Below are positions 1-13,720 of a stretch of DNA of 64,000 nt, piece by piece. Under the pieces are notes generated by a model. The model saw only the letters and a list, made by a program, of their open reading frames with translations, was not told the DNA's origin and ran no database searches. Positions within the stretch are counted from its first letter, which is position 1. Every line of letters begins with the position of its first letter. Source of the stretch: Eledone cirrhosa (lineage: Eukaryota); the NCBI GenBank assembly GCA_964016885.1, contig OZ024741.1, positions 122,512,001 to 122,576,000 on the forward strand. Reading direction: 5' to 3'. Both the position numbers and the translations under genes were made by a program.

Positions 1-392
1 AGGTGCCTGTGTCTTTGGAATGTGCAGCCATTTTCACGTTACTTTCACTAAAGACATACATTTCACAAACTAATGATGCAGTAAATATTAAATTTAATTA
101 TCCTAGTAATCTTGGAATCAATAATAACCAGTGGAGTAAACAGGTTGGTCATTATATGAATGCTTCACGTCTCTTACGTTGTGTATTACTTATTATAGAA
201 GCGGAAGAGAATATCGAAATTATTGAATTTCTACCATTAACTTTCTTCCTATTCTTTCTAAAAAAACCATACAACATCACGTAGCTGTTCATATGTCTCT
301 TCTCTTCAAATAAATGGTCATTGTATAATTCAACTGAGAGGATATAAAATGTCGACACTTAAGAGGTTAGTGCGATATATGATGTACTAGAA

Positions 393-533
393 CAGGCATA
401 AGCAACCTTTTTCAAGCGGTGGGGTACATAGAATGTGATTCATCACAAGGCGAGCTATTAAAAAATATCATGCAATCTTGACATTAGACGTGCCAAAACG
501 AAAGCCAAATGAACCGTAGTTTGCCACTCACTG
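393..533. mobile_element. Degenerate hAT (Charlie-like) MITE
   Basis: Ends CAGGCATAAGCAACCT / AGTTTGCCACTCACTG resemble hAT TIRs; flanked by imperfect 8-bp TSD tactagaa/aactagag with central CTAG. Confidence 0.5.
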
Positions 534-710
534 AACTAGAGTGTAGGTTCCGCTACTCCATATTACTGCACCACATGAACTGCTATTCTACCAGTCAAAC
601 ATTTATCAAATTGTATTTCCTCCACTGATCCCGGGTCCTGATCATGAACATTTAAACAGTTCACTATATATATCTCACTATGATTTGTATAACAGAATTA
701 TTGCACAAAG

Positions 711-870
711 GCGGTGAATTGGCAGAGTGGATTTGGGCGTCTGATTAAGAATGATTAGTTATTTGTCCCTGTTTAATGCACTCTGATTTCGAATGTCACT
801 GACTTCAACTTTGCTTTTCATATCTTCGATGTCGATAAATAAAATGACAGTACAATACTAGGATCAATTC
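711..870 (+). mobile_element. Old degenerate copy of tRNA-derived SINE family A
   Basis: ggcggtgaattggcagag...ctttgcttttcatatcttcgatgtcgataaataaaa matches younger copies. Confidence 0.7.
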
Positions 871-1050
871 TTAATCTTTTTCTTCTCTTGCCCTCCCTCC
901 CCACCATTATTTCTCTGGAGGAATTCAGCCGTGTTCAGAACTGGTGAGGAATATGTTCCCCCAAAGACACGCCGTGTATCAGGATGGTGCATCTAGGCCT
1001 CCATCAGGAGTTAAAAATACATTGTCACTGTCATTATTGCACAATATAAA

Positions 1051-1231
1051 GGCGGTGGATTGGCAGTATCGGTAGAGGGTCGGACATGCTTTCCAGCATA
1101 GTTACGTCCCTTTACGATCTGAGTTCAAATCCAACCGAGGTTAACTTTGCCTTTCATCCTTACGGGGTCGATAAAATAAAGTACCAGTAATGTACTGGGT
1201 AATTGCTGGCCTTGTGCCAATAGTAGAAACA
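1051..1231 (+). mobile_element. tRNA-derived SINE family A (Meta-type central domain), with TSD
   Basis: A-box-like tggcagtatcgg, B-box gagttcaaatcc, core gcctttcatccttacggggtcgataaaataaagtacc; 18-bp TSD attattgcacaatataaa (1033-1050/1232-1249). Confidence 0.9.
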
Positions 1232-1531
1232 ATTATTGCACAATATAAAACCGAATAGGAGAAAAATGTTTGTTCACAAACACAATACTCACTTGAAGAA
1301 GGATGGGGAGAAGACTTCCGTTTTATCAGCATCTCTTTATTAATTTGTTTAGATTAAGTGTTCTGCCATCAGCCTAATCAAGATTAAATCCAACTTTCAA
1401 ATGTTAACATTTCAATTGCCATTCTGTTTGCACTCAAATTATGACAATTAATATTTTCTTTTCTTAAGTGGACCTCTTCATAGGCGGAAAAAATGTAGGT
1501 TCATATTTAACTTCGACTTAGTTATATGTGA

Positions 1532-1865
1532 GCGTGTGTAGCTAAGTGGTTAGGGATGTTGAGTTCACTATCCTAAGGTCGCGAGGTCGATTCTCGACGA
1601 CAATGTGTTGTGCCTTTGAGAAAAACACTTAATTTCACATTGCTCCAGTTGACTCACCTTGGAAAGGTGAGTTGTACTTGAGATTCAAAGAGCCAACTTT
1701 ATTACTTAGAGAATCACGCTCAAAAGTCCTGAGATTTATGTTAAAGGTACACGTGTCTTTTGACTGTTCAGCCACTTGTACGTGAATAACATGAGTAAGC
1801 TGTTCCGTTGTTTGAAAACCTGGGACATACATCGCTAGAACTGAAGGAGATACAAACAAGGGTTA
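1532..1865 (+). mobile_element. tRNA-derived CORE-type SINE (family B), degenerate
   Basis: tagctaagtggttaggg A box, ggtcgattctc B box, CORE-like tgtgcctttgagaaaaacacttaatttcacattgctcc. Confidence 0.7.
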
Positions 1866-2432
1866 TATATTTTATTCAAAGATTTAACCACGTAACAAAA
1901 GGTTTTATTTTAAATCTAAGATGTTGTGATACTATGGGTGCCTACTAATGTGAAACAAAAACGCGGACGACCTCTCAAGATATTAAAGAGAGTCATTGAG
2001 AACGATAGAGAATTATCTAGTGAAGAACTGAAGCAGTTAATGTTGCCACAAAGAAGTGGATCAATTTAGTAGTTAGTAGAAGTATTGCAGAGACTCAAAT
2101 TATCCAAAATTGCACAGTACCAAAGGAGATTCAGGTATGATAAAATCATCTAGTCTTATATTCAGTCATCATACATCTAAAATGTATTATTTTAGGTTTC
2201 GTTCATTTTATAAAGACGGTCGTATAGAGGGGTTTGAGCAAAAAAGGTAGAAATTATTTCATGGGGCCTAAATTGTTTTAAAACGTGGCGAGCTCAGTAA
2301 TTTCATTACTTAACCCATGAAATTTCTTTGTTTTTGTAATCAATCTTTCTCGGCAAATTTGACGAATTGCACTCCACTTCAAATGATATACCAATCGGAA
2401 AATTGAAACTTTGTATTGCAACTTACAATACA

Positions 2433-2480
2433 CTTTCCTGATGATTACTTACGAATGAAACAGTTCTAGTCACGTAGAAG
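2433..2480 (+). ncRNA. Degenerate type I HHR (family D)
   Basis: tttc CTGATGA ttacttacgaat GAAA cagttctagtcacg TA gaag; homologous to the better copy at 41275. Confidence 0.55.
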
Positions 2481-2568
2481 ACATTTCTATAAAAGAAAAA
2501 AGATGCCTACATTCTAGTAACACCTTTTCTAACTGTGATAACCTCCCATATATATTGGGAATCCACCC

Positions 2569-2607
<39 letters not shown>

Positions 2608-2637
2608 AAAACGTGCTGCGGGATGCTAATGGGTTAC

Positions 2638-3162
2638 ATATGAATAAAGTTAGTCCTTCATCAGTGATCTTCCAACCATCATTGGTATTTCATCGCTTTA
2701 AAGACCATATACCTCCGGTTGGTGCGAGCAACGGCTAAAAAAAGTCGTTGGGACACGTAATTAAAGGGGACACGAGTGTAAACAAACAAAATGGTGAAGC
2801 AACAGAAAGGGAGGAAGAAGGAGTCAAGTCCCAAATTTCTATGAATTTAAATTCGGTGAAATCGTGAACGAGAGAGAATAAAGACCATCAAACCTGGTTG
2901 GAATGTAAGCAAGGAAGGAATTCCGTACAGGTCTAACGGGAGGAAGAAGGGATCTAGTCTGTGATTTCGGTGAACGTAAGTTCTGTGAAATCGTAGACGA
3001 GAGAGAGAAAAAAATCGACCTGCCAGACCAAGGGTGCGAAAGAAAAGAATTACGCACAGGTCAAACGGGAAGAAGGAGGAGGAGGGGGTATATGGTCTTT
3101 AAAGCGATGAAATACCAATGATGGTTGGAAGATCACTGATGAAGGACTAACTTTATTCATAT
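2638..3162. mobile_element. Short element with 76-bp inverted arms next to (TA)n
   Basis: 2638-2713 is the reverse complement of 3087-3162; internal ~120-bp direct duplication; relatives at 49480-49550 and 54200-54560. Confidence 0.75.
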
Positions 3163-3631
3163 ATATATATACTGCAACCACAAACTGAACATTTGAACCC
3201 GAGACTGCAACATTGCTTTCTCGCTAACTAATTCCTCTCAATAACTACTTCCTAACTATATCCCTCACCCCCACACTACAAGCTAATACCCTGGTTATCA
3301 TTATAAATGGGTACTTGAGTGTGATTTGCAGACTACAACTATGAACTCGATGTATCCCCCATCTCGTAGCCTTCGTCTGTCTCTTCTCTATCTCTCTTTC
3401 TTACTATCTCTCCCCCCCCCCCCTCTCTCGCCCTCGGTCTACCACACTCCCTCACCACATCTATGAAACTGCTCTCTGTGGCAATAAATGATCCCAATCT
3501 TGACCACATCAACACAATGCCTAAGGGGCTGTCACCTTGAGAATAAACAGTAAAATAAAACCCCTACCACAACATTTTGATTAAGCTATCTGTATTCTTA
3601 AAACCACTCTCTCCCACTTCTCCAACCCCTA

Positions 3632-3684
<53 letters not shown>

Positions 3685-3795
3685 ATCTCTCTCTCTCTCT
3701 CTCTCTCTATCTCCTTCTTTCTCTCTTCCTTTCTACTCTATCTTCTCCAAAAACTTCCTTTAAGAAATACAAGGGTATTTACATTTTAACCATTC

Positions 3796-3918
3796 TGCTC
3801 TGAGGAAATGGTAGTCGAAGCATTTGAAAATTGAGTTTCTGCAATCAAATAATTATTAATTATCAATTGCACATAGCATGATTAGGCTGTATAACTACTG
3901 TTGAAACATTTGTAAGCA
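3796..3918 (+). ncRNA. Type I HHR with enlarged stem II
   Basis: tgct CTGAGGA aatggtagt..(~78 nt)..actactgtt GAAA catttg TA agca; 9-bp stem II base; AATAAA just downstream. Confidence 0.75.
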
Positions 3919-4220
3919 CTCGGAATAAATTACCTTTGTATGATGTCTACCTGTTATTATTCATTCTTTATATACACTCGGGAATACAGAAGGATCTGAA
4001 ACTGAATTTTTGCGACTATTCTTCCATAACTCGTTGAGTAACCCCGCAAATCTATTGTAGTAATTAATCATTACTGCATTCAGGATAACCCTAAGCATTT
4101 CTTGCATAACCTAATATATATATATTCTTGACCGTTGTATCACGTGACTATCTCCCCCTCCGCCTTTTGGGATTCTTTCTCATCATATAGACGCGTTCTT
4201 GAAGCTAGTAAAACGAGGTA

Positions 4221-4310
4221 TCCTCTTGATAAGTCGGCAGACCTCGCAAAAACTCTATATCTTTATGATGTATTGTTTTTGTTTATGCCACGAAACTACG
4301 TAGTCGAGGA
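4221..4310 (+). ncRNA. Type I HHR, U3-A8 core variant
   Basis: tcctc TTGATAA gtcggca..tgccac GAAA ctacgtag TC gagga; perfect stem I, palindromic helix III. Confidence 0.75.
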
Positions 4311-4538
4311 ATCTAGGAGCAGTTTAGGTATGATACATTTTATTACTAATTATATCTAAATGTTTCTTCTCTCTTCATAATGTACTTTTAGCTCTGATAC
4401 TGGTTCAGTCTAATTCAACCGGATTGGTCTGTCCCAGTCATTCATAGAGCAACATCGGTAAGGTTGGCACCATTAACTCACGGTTGGATGTGGATGCATT
4501 CATGTATATGTGTGTGTCCGCATGTATCTGTGTGTTTC

Positions 4539-4611
<73 letters not shown>

Positions 4612-4619
4612 GGAATAGA

Positions 4620-5210
4620 ATAAAACGAAATTTCATTTCTCACTCTTAGTACGGCACTTACTTAAATGGAAGTATGTATGTATGTATACGTACATACATA
4701 TATGTATACAGACGTACAGTTGTATGTATATATATATATATACATACATGCACACACATATATATATATGCACGTATCGGTTTACCGAACATTTATTATA
4801 ATGCTCGGTTTGTTTGTAAACAAACAAATAGCCCAAATTACGCCGTACAGTGTTTAGGCAACCACGTCACCTTTTTGTTCAACACTGACACAGGAACGAT
4901 GTACTAGTTTCAAGCTTATTAGCTATCATCAGCAGGAAGGTATACGATGCTGACGATAGCTAATAAGCTTCAAACTAGTACATCGTCCCTGTGTCAGTGT
5001 TGAACAAAAAGGTGACGTGGTTGCCTAAACACTGTACGGCGTAATTCGGGCCGTTTGTTTGTTTACAAACAAACAAACCGAGAATTATAATAAATGTTCG
5101 GTAAACCGATACGTGCATATATATATATGTGTGCATGTATGTATATGTATACATACTACTGTACGTCTGTATACATATATGTATGTACGTATACATACAT
5201 ATATATATAC
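4620..5210. mobile_element. Family A HHR repeat as inverted pair
   Basis: Arms about 4680-4934 and 4948-5210 are reverse complements; HHR on - strand at 4895-4934 and on + at 4944-4986 (GAAA mutated to CAAA). Confidence 0.85.
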
Positions 5211-5409
5211 CGCTTCCTCTCACCCCCTTTTTACTATATGTCTCTCCACCACTCCCCTACACACCCTTGGAACTCTCTTCCCACTCACTTTTCACCTGAA
5301 GAAGGGTTTATGCCCGAAACATCGTTCCCCACCACCACCCCACTCTCAAGAGCGTGAAACTAATAAACCTTTGTTCGTACTGCCTCTGTTTTGTTCCCGT
5401 TCAATTTTT

Positions 5410-5494
<85 letters not shown>

Positions 5495-5638
5495 TATATA
5501 TATAAATATGTGTGTGTTTGTGTATGAGTTTTATATCGAATAATAATAATGTTCGATTCGTTTGCAAGAAAACGTTATAAAACTCATAAATACATTATTT
5601 ATGTAACCCGCTATGTGAGAGTGAGAAATCAAATTCTA

Positions 5639-5755
<117 letters not shown>

Positions 5756-5759
5756 GTAA

Positions 5760-6650
5760 ATAAGGAGAAAAAAAAGATCATTAGGAAGAAAAAATGTTTT
5801 CCTTTATTTTTCTCTCTTTTTTTCTGGGTTAGAAAATGTTTAAAACAAAATATTTTACTTTGTGTGAAGTGTTAAGGTACTAGTTAATTTATGTATTAAC
5901 AATAGCATTGATTTATTTATTTAATAATTATTAATTACCGGTTTCAGCATTTTATGCATTATCAAATTATGTGAGTGGGAGAGAAGATAAGTTGATGTTG
6001 AACATGTTATTTAAATGGGAAAGAAAGAATAATATTATTTACAAACAAGGTTTTTGAAGTTTAAAAAAGGGTGATGTGGAAGACGATAACATAATGGGAA
6101 AGAAAGAATAATATTATTTACAGGCATGGTTCTTGAGGATAAGCAGTTCAAAAGATGTTTGTTATTATGGCAGGAGCGCTTAGAGAAATTGATCGATGAC
6201 GGAGGCAAATGTCCGCCTGGGAATGGATGTGTTTTCCTTTTTTAGAGAATTAATATGCAGGTGGAGGTAATTCAGAGTGGTCGGGTAGGAGAAAGAGAGG
6301 AGAGGGGGTAATTTTTTTATATAAGAAAAAGGATCAGGTAGGGTGTGAGGGAGGTAACTCTTTAGAGAACGTAGGAATTTTGGACTATGGTTCATTGTTC
6401 GTTCCAGATTTAGTTTAGTCCGAAGTTTAGTCCATTAAGAAGAGGTTGGAATTTGTTAATGAAATACGTTTCCTTATTGGTACGATGGATGAAAGAAGCG
6501 TTGTCTATGAATTTGTAAATGGGGAAAATTTTAAAGTTTGGATGTTGGTTAGGTGCACAATTGGCGATATGTTCACTAAAAGCAATCTTTCTGTATTCCT
6601 GTATTTTGATTTGTGATCTATGGACGGACATACGTTGTCGGAATAAGGAA
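5760..6650 (-). mobile_element. 3' fragment of Penelope-like element (GIY-YIG C-terminus + 3' region)
   Basis: ORF 6410-6631 (..FSEHIANC..KETYFINKFQPLLN) and flanks are homologous to 60900-61745. Confidence 0.8.
5932..5969 (-). ncRNA. Minimal type I HHR, U3-A8 variant, in PLE 3' region
   Basis: rc: taat TTGATAA tgcataaaatgct GAAA ccgg TA atta. Confidence 0.65.
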
Positions 6651-7036
6651 AGTTAACCAGAAATCTTAAAAAATCTTCCCACCGATGTTAACCAAGAACT
6701 TACTTACTAGATCTACCAACTCATAATATTATAATATTATAAAATTAAATCAAATTGTTTAGAACTACAAGTGAAGTCATTCTTTTCCTTTTTTTCAAAT
6801 ATATATATATATGTATTATTTACTTATATACGGTGATATAATTATTTATTTATTTGTACACTAGCATACACACACACACACATATTTATATGTGCGTGGT
6901 TTTGTATACTTATGGTAAGGTTTTGCGTATGCTTGTGTTTGTACGTATCTGTTTGCATGTATGTATTTATTTGTTTCTATTACTTCTGTATTGTATTTAT
7001 TTACTTTGTTCTTAACTCTGTAGCGGAGATTAATTT

Positions 7037-7305
7037 TAGTCTACGACATCTGCTATACCATTTACGAGGTTTTGTCTTTGCGTGCTATTGTTCTCCACGC
7101 TCCACATATGACTTATTATCTTCGTTTTTTCGTTCATTGCCAGAGAACGTCTCTATGCACCACCTAAGAGAACATTAGTCTACGACCTCTTTTATACCAT
7201 AAACGTGGTTCTGTCTTTGCGCGTAATTGTTTTTCACCGCTCCTATTAATGACGTATTATATTCATTTTTTCCCGTTCTTTGCCAGGGAACGTTTCCAAG
7301 AACCA
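7037..7305. repeat. Diverged ~140-bp tandem duplication
   Basis: tagtctacgac...ataccat...tgtctttgcg...tgccag occurs twice. Confidence 0.7.
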
Positions 7306-7547
7306 AAGTATCGTCTTCCTGTCTTCCCCCGGTTGCAACGTATTTTGAAATATCCAGTTTGGCGTTTACAGATTGACTTTGTTAGTTTTAGAAGATCCCG
7401 TTAAGGGTGAAAGCAGCGATTCTTTGCTTAAACTTTAATCTGTTATTTTAATAAATATTTGCTCTACGGTTCTTATATATTTGATATATATTTTCCTTAT
7501 TGAGCCCTCTTTGGATTTTAGTCTTCAATTTTATTATTATTACTATA

Positions 7548-7631
<84 letters not shown>

Positions 7632-7785
7632 GTCTTAACTCTCATCTCCTCCTCTTCCTTACCTTTTCCAGCCCCCCCCCCTCACTTTTTCCCAATCTCA
7701 TACATCAATCTTAAATTATTTTTCATATATTGATTTAAAACTTCACTATTCACAAGTGTTTTTTAAGCTTCATATCATGTATCCC

Positions 7786-7856
7786 TATTTTATCTGATGA
7801 AAACGCAGATATCATCATGGGATGATATTTGGTTTTGAAATGAGCATAATAAAATA
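7786..7856 (+). ncRNA. Type I HHR
   Basis: tattttat CTGATGA aaacgcagatatcatc-atgg-gatgatatttggtttt GAAA tgagca TA ataaaata; 8-bp stem I, long stem II. Confidence 0.8.
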
Positions 7857-7884
7857 CTTGGAACTCTTTTAACCATCTTTTTAT

Positions 7885-7949
<65 letters not shown>

Positions 7950-8066
7950 TAATAGGTAGGTCACATTTTTCATTGTTCCATTTTACTTCAAATGGAAATA
8001 TTTTCAACTTTTAATATCACGGAAGCAAAGTTGTCAGTCAGAAATGTAACAATTGCGGCGGAAGAG

Positions 8067-8136
<70 letters not shown>

Positions 8137-9506
8137 GGGTTACTAGCTCGAAGGAATAAGGATGGGCCCCTATAAAAGATACAAGTGTGCCAAAGTGTGT
8201 TAAAATATACCAAAACGCATTAACATCCTAGAGAATAAAGGAAAGAAGAGAAAGAAAAGGAAATAACCGAAACCAAACAGGCATTTTTGCCAGCAAAGTT
8301 CAGATTATTTTTAGCACAATTTCATGAAACGCCTACCATATTTGACATCGTAATCCTTATAATTATGTTTACTGGCGATAGATTTGCACAAACGTTAGGA
8401 TGATGGCACAATGTTTGTTTCTTTTTTAGCATTTACTAATAAATTTCTGTGTATCTAACAGCATCAGCTAATACAATGTTATTTATTTATTGTAATATAA
8501 CACTATTTCTTATTTACTGTGTGGCCTTTTCTTTTTTCGTAGTAATCACATGAAATAAGATAAAAATATTACTAGACAACAGAATATTTGCTATAACATC
8601 ATCGGAAACCCACAGGAGGAAACGTTTACTGTAATACAGTCAGACCACACCATCTTATTGAATAATAATATTATAAACATTTAATGTGTTATCTATACCT
8701 CTGAGCCAATGATTATTTATGAAATTCTGACATATGAGCCGCCAGGACGAAATACAACATACGAAATAATACACAGTTCTTTTTCATTTGATTTATTATT
8801 CCATTTATGATATAGACGACCATGAAATAAATATTAAACAAACAATAGACAACGCTTGAATAGAGAACGGTAAGCTTATTCCATACCTGGTCAAACATTA
8901 ATGATTAAATAATAATAAACAGATAAAATAAAGATATGGGATATATATTTAATCGAAGATTCGTCAACGACATTAAACGACATTGAAATCATTAATAAAA
9001 CAGTAAGTGAAACTCTAGAAGATTATTTTATATATTCTGTTACTCTGAATTGATTGGGTTGTTAAAGTCTTCGAATTAAACACTTCACAATTTGATTAAC
9101 ACGCAGTGCACTCAGTTCAAATTCTACTGAGGTACACTTTGCTTCTCAACATTTTAAGTTCAATAAAATAATGTACCAATGCGAAGGCCGTTGATTGTTG
9201 GCTCTCTGGGCAATGTCTTTCGCCAGGAAATGTGACCAGCAGATAGTATCATCAATAGAAAAACTAATCGACATTTTGATTCCCTATTTCAATCTGACGA
9301 CGGCTCTTGTTTTACTTATTCTATTATGGTATACCATTTTCCACCAGTTAAATATTAAATGTGTTCACTTAGAAAACGCCATCGTTTCATATTTTCATAT
9401 GGTACATGCAAAGGAAAACAAGATAAGGCTACATTTTATGATAAAATTATAAGTCTACATAGAATTCAACACAAAATAAAGCGGACCTTACTAATATCAG
9501 AATACG

Positions 9507-9540
<34 letters not shown>

Positions 9541-9549
9541 CATATATAC

Positions 9550-9641
<92 letters not shown>

Positions 9642-10032
9642 AATTGCTAAAGGACATTTAAGCACCAATGATGAAACTACGTAGCACCAGTGAAACATTT
9701 AAAGCGAAAAAAAGGGTGAATATATCAAAAATATATATATAAAAAAATATCTATGGATATCGCTACTTAAAAGAACTTGATACGCAATGAATTACATAGG
9801 AAATACAAGAAAAATAACAACTCAACCTTGAGGGACATTAACAGCAATGGATTAAATAAAGTGGAGAAATTAAACCTGGGTGATAGGACTGTGCCATTTA
9901 CCCCTTGATGCCTCATATTCAACTTGAAAGACCACAAAAGCGATTTCGACTCAAACCCCTCCATTAGACTAATATGCCCATCGAAATCGGACGTAGGAAG
10001 AATAAGTAAACACTTCATATAAAATGTAATAA

Positions 10033-10217
10033 CTGTTTCTATTTTAGGCACAAGGCCAGCAATTATCCAGTACATTACTGGTACTTTATTTTATCGACCC
10101 CGTAAGGATGAAAGGCAAAGTTAACCTCGGCGGGATTTGAACTCAGATCATAAAGGGACGTAACTCTATGTTTCAAAGCATGGTGTCCGACTCTCTACCG
10201 ATACTGCCAATCCACCG
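10033..10217 (-). mobile_element. SINE family A with TSD
   Basis: Reverse complement of 1051 copy; TSD atgtaataac on both sides; partial copy at 10413-10490. Confidence 0.9.
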
Positions 10218-11309
10218 ATGTAATAACACCTCAAATTATGGGGCAACACTACTGAGGCAATTAACTGGTTTACAGGATTAGAAAGGAAAGAGGAAAGAAG
10301 ATCTCTAAATGTATACAGTTCGATATAAACGACTACTATTACTCTATAACCCCTGTTCTCCTCAATAAGGCCCTCGCTTTCGCTAAAAAGAACTCTGATA
10401 TCACTTGTGTAATAACTGTTTCTATTTTTGGCACACGGCTAGCAATTATGCCAGTGGATTACTGGTGCTTTATTTTATCGACCCCGTAAACATGTAGTAG
10501 AGAGATCAAGTCCAACTACCTTGAGGGATTGACCCTGAGATTTATTAATTGAAATAACAAAACTGATTTGGACTGGAAACTGAAGCCTCTTAATTTCAAA
10601 TGGAACAGACACACATACACTAACACACAATTATAAGAAACATACAGACATACATTCATACAGCGTTTCATTATGTCAGTCGTCAGAGAAATGTATGTAT
10701 ACTCACACACACATACACTCTCACATACACTCACACACATATGTGTATGTATGTGTATATGTGTGTGTGTGTGTGTGTGTTTAATTCTCTGTATCTGATG
10801 AAATATTTACGTGAAGATGTGTGTGTAAGGCCTAACGTACGTAACGACGCACAATCACACACACACTCACAGACACACTCACAGACACATACACATTCAT
10901 ATACAAAATGTGACGTCGTCATCGTCGTAGTTGTGTTGTAAAATGTTATATTGTTTTAATCCAAATGAAAATAAAAAATTACATATTAATCCCGGGGTCT
11001 AATACTATCGCGTTGTAAAATTTGATTTGATTTGGTCCTGCCGTTTGAGAATGCATAAGGAAAAGACAGACAGATAGAGAGACAAAGAAGTTTATGTACA
11101 TAGATATATATATAAGAGTTTAGATGAGTTGATAATACAACCATATAAAGGTAAAGAACATTTCAAAGCTCATATGAACATGTGGTTGTTAAATGTTAAT
11201 GTTATCTAATATATTCTCAAGAGATTAATATAACATGAATATATATTCCTGATATTTCAATCGAAACGTTCGTCAATCAATTAAATAACTTTATTTAAAT
11301 CCTTATTTC

Positions 11310-11421
<112 letters not shown>

Positions 11422-11499
11422 TATATATGCATGTATGTATATATCTATTTATAAGTATATATGTAAATGCTTATGTGTTTGTGTGAGTGTAGAAATAGA

Positions 11500-12140
11500 A
11501 TTTTGTGCGTGACGCTCGTCCTCTCAGGGAAGCCTGCACAGTGCACTCTACATGTAAATGGAGTTACACTGAAGCAGGTAGAGAAGTTCAAATATCTCGG
11601 GACCGTGATGGAAGGCACGAGACTGAATTAAAGGGTAAGAATTGCATGAGCTGGTGCAGTATTACACCAGCCTCAGCATTCAGTAATCAGAAGAAGGGAG
11701 GTAGGCCTAAAAGCAAAACTCGCTACCGGCAATTCGATATTCGTGCCACCCTTACCTATGCTCATGAATCTTGGGTGATGACTGAAAGAATATGATCGCG
11801 AATACTAGCAACTGAAATAGAGTGCGTAACTTGGAGATAAGAGAGTCACTCCAGGTGGAGATGCTACTTCTCCGAACTGAGAGAGCACAGCTTCGATACC
11901 ATGGGCATGTGGCTAGAATGTCCAAGGAAAGAACCGCTGGACAGATATTACGGGCAAAACCAAGCGACTGGAGACCCAGGAGTAGACCCCGAGTAAGATG
12001 GTTGGATAACATCCATGAGCTTGGCTGGTCTCGTTTCGGTATCCAGCCAGATCAGTTGGAGACGGTTGCTTCCGACAGGACCAGCTGGAAGAAGTGTTTG
12101 AAGATTCTGCGTAGGAATAGGTGGGCGAAGAAGATTAGGT
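11500..12140 (+). mobile_element. Decayed RTE-clade LINE 3' fragment
   Basis: Peptides TLTYAHESW, QLRYHGHVARM, RPRSRPRVRWLDNI typical of RTE ORF2 C-terminus; relatives at 28560-28770 (-) and 55420-55690. Confidence 0.75.
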
Positions 12141-12564
12141 ATAACAGCCACTATAAATATATGTATATGACACTTCATTCCACATGTTACTATTAATAAA
12201 AATTATCGTTTTTACATGACACGCACTAATTGTTCCTTTATTATAGATGTTTTTGTTTGTCAGTCAACAGGGCTGAGTCACTACGTGGTCACTCGACATG
12301 CAAGAAATAGCAGCAAAGTTTCACCCAATTTTCATCCCCACCGTCTTATAAGTGATCACGTTGGATAATGCAATTCTCGTTTCCTTGCGTATAGGAAAAA
12401 GACGGCACGGTCATATGTTGTACTCTTTTGATAATAAATCTGCATGTGGAGAACCGCCCTTGAAACATCTCTTTGTCCTGGAGCCTCTATATGATCGTTT
12501 GAACTGATAGAGCTAGTGGCCCAAACTCCCTAAGCTACCATGTTCAAGAAAAGCCCCGCCCCAA

Positions 12565-12602
<38 letters not shown>

Positions 12603-13006
12603 GAACGATATATTTGATGACACAGACCTATATACTATATATGAATACAATTAAAGAGAAAATGGTGGGATTGCCATGGTTGCACACTTTAGACTATAGG
12701 TCACCATCATCAGAAATAACCGGGCTAAAAGACAATTATTTGTCCCACAAACCAATGTGACATCTTAGACATGGTCATCAAAATGCTAGAAGCAGCAGCC
12801 AAATGACCTGTATCATATTATAAGATTGGGTTACACAATGGACGAAGTAGTCATAGATAACTCCAAAATATGGGTTGGTCACGAGTGGAATGTTTTTGTT
12901 CATAAACCTGTTTGATCAGGTTTGAATTATATATCAATAACAACAGGAAACCAACTTCGGTTTCTTTGTTCAATAAGTCTTGACGTGAGAATAATTTTCT
13001 TTTTAT

Positions 13007-13503
13007 CTTCACAAAGGAAGCAAAGGCGTTTTTTCTGTGCGTAATAGCCATGTTGAAAGAGGTTGTTTGGTGGACACGATTAAAAGGTCTGAGGTCAGGC
13101 AACTTCCTCTCTGGCCATAGTCTGGTCTACTTCTTCCGATATCACTTCGGAAGAAGGATAAGAATGGAGAGAGAGGTGCTTGGCCACAGGCAGTTATATG
13201 AAAGGTGGGTCATAGTGGCGAGAATGGCTCGTGTAAATGGGCCTTCTCTGTATACCATCCTGTAGGTAAAGAAGTGAAGGAGAGGGGAGCACCTTCTCCA
13301 TGTGCTCCCCTGGCAAAGGATTGCACACTTTTTCGGGGGGGGGGGGTGCAACCCCCATCACGTCCCCTCCCTTTTGAGGTTGTTTTTGATTATTTTCATT
13401 GTATACCCTTTTTACTCGGTTTTATGTAAACTCCCCCTTTGTATTTGTCCCTTCTTTTTATGCCTTTATGGTAAATAAAGAAATATATCTATCTATCTAT
13501 CAT
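13007..13503 (+). mobile_element. 5'-truncated 3' end of a sister Tx1-type LINE
   Basis: Peptide KEVVWWTRLKGLRSG..RMARVNGPSLY matches the ORF2 end at 18304-18927; ends AATAAA + (TATC)n. Confidence 0.9.
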
Positions 13504-13720
13504 CTCTGGGATGGACACACGCGTATAACTTGCTGAGTAAGTTCTGTTTAAATTTCTATAGAAATTCTTGTCTGATAACTTTAATTTTTGTACCATTTTG
13601 TAGAGGGACTGCCAGGTCAAACTTTGATCTGGTCAGTCTCTCAAAATATTCTACGCCTTTAGGCGAAATAGTTAAACAAAAAAAAATTTGTTTCTTGTTG
13701 AAAAGTCAATATTTTTTTAA

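Noticed and set aside
1051-1140. tRNA gene
   Set aside because: A/B boxes belong to a SINE head with no acceptor stem and are followed by SINE core and TSD
5290-5360. HHR: tttcac CTGAAGA agggtttatgccc GAAA catcgtt
   Set aside because: Core and stem II are present but the stem I partner (gtgaaa) is ~25 nt away from any UH; at best a decayed pLTR
7384-7434. HHR-shaped motif agttt TAGAAGA tcccgttaagggt GAAA gca..tgc TT aaact
   Set aside because: Stems fit but core has two non-compensatory changes; likely dead, not counted
11213-11277. HHR-shaped motif with CTCAAGA core
   Set aside because: Essential G5 missing and stems are short and AT-rich
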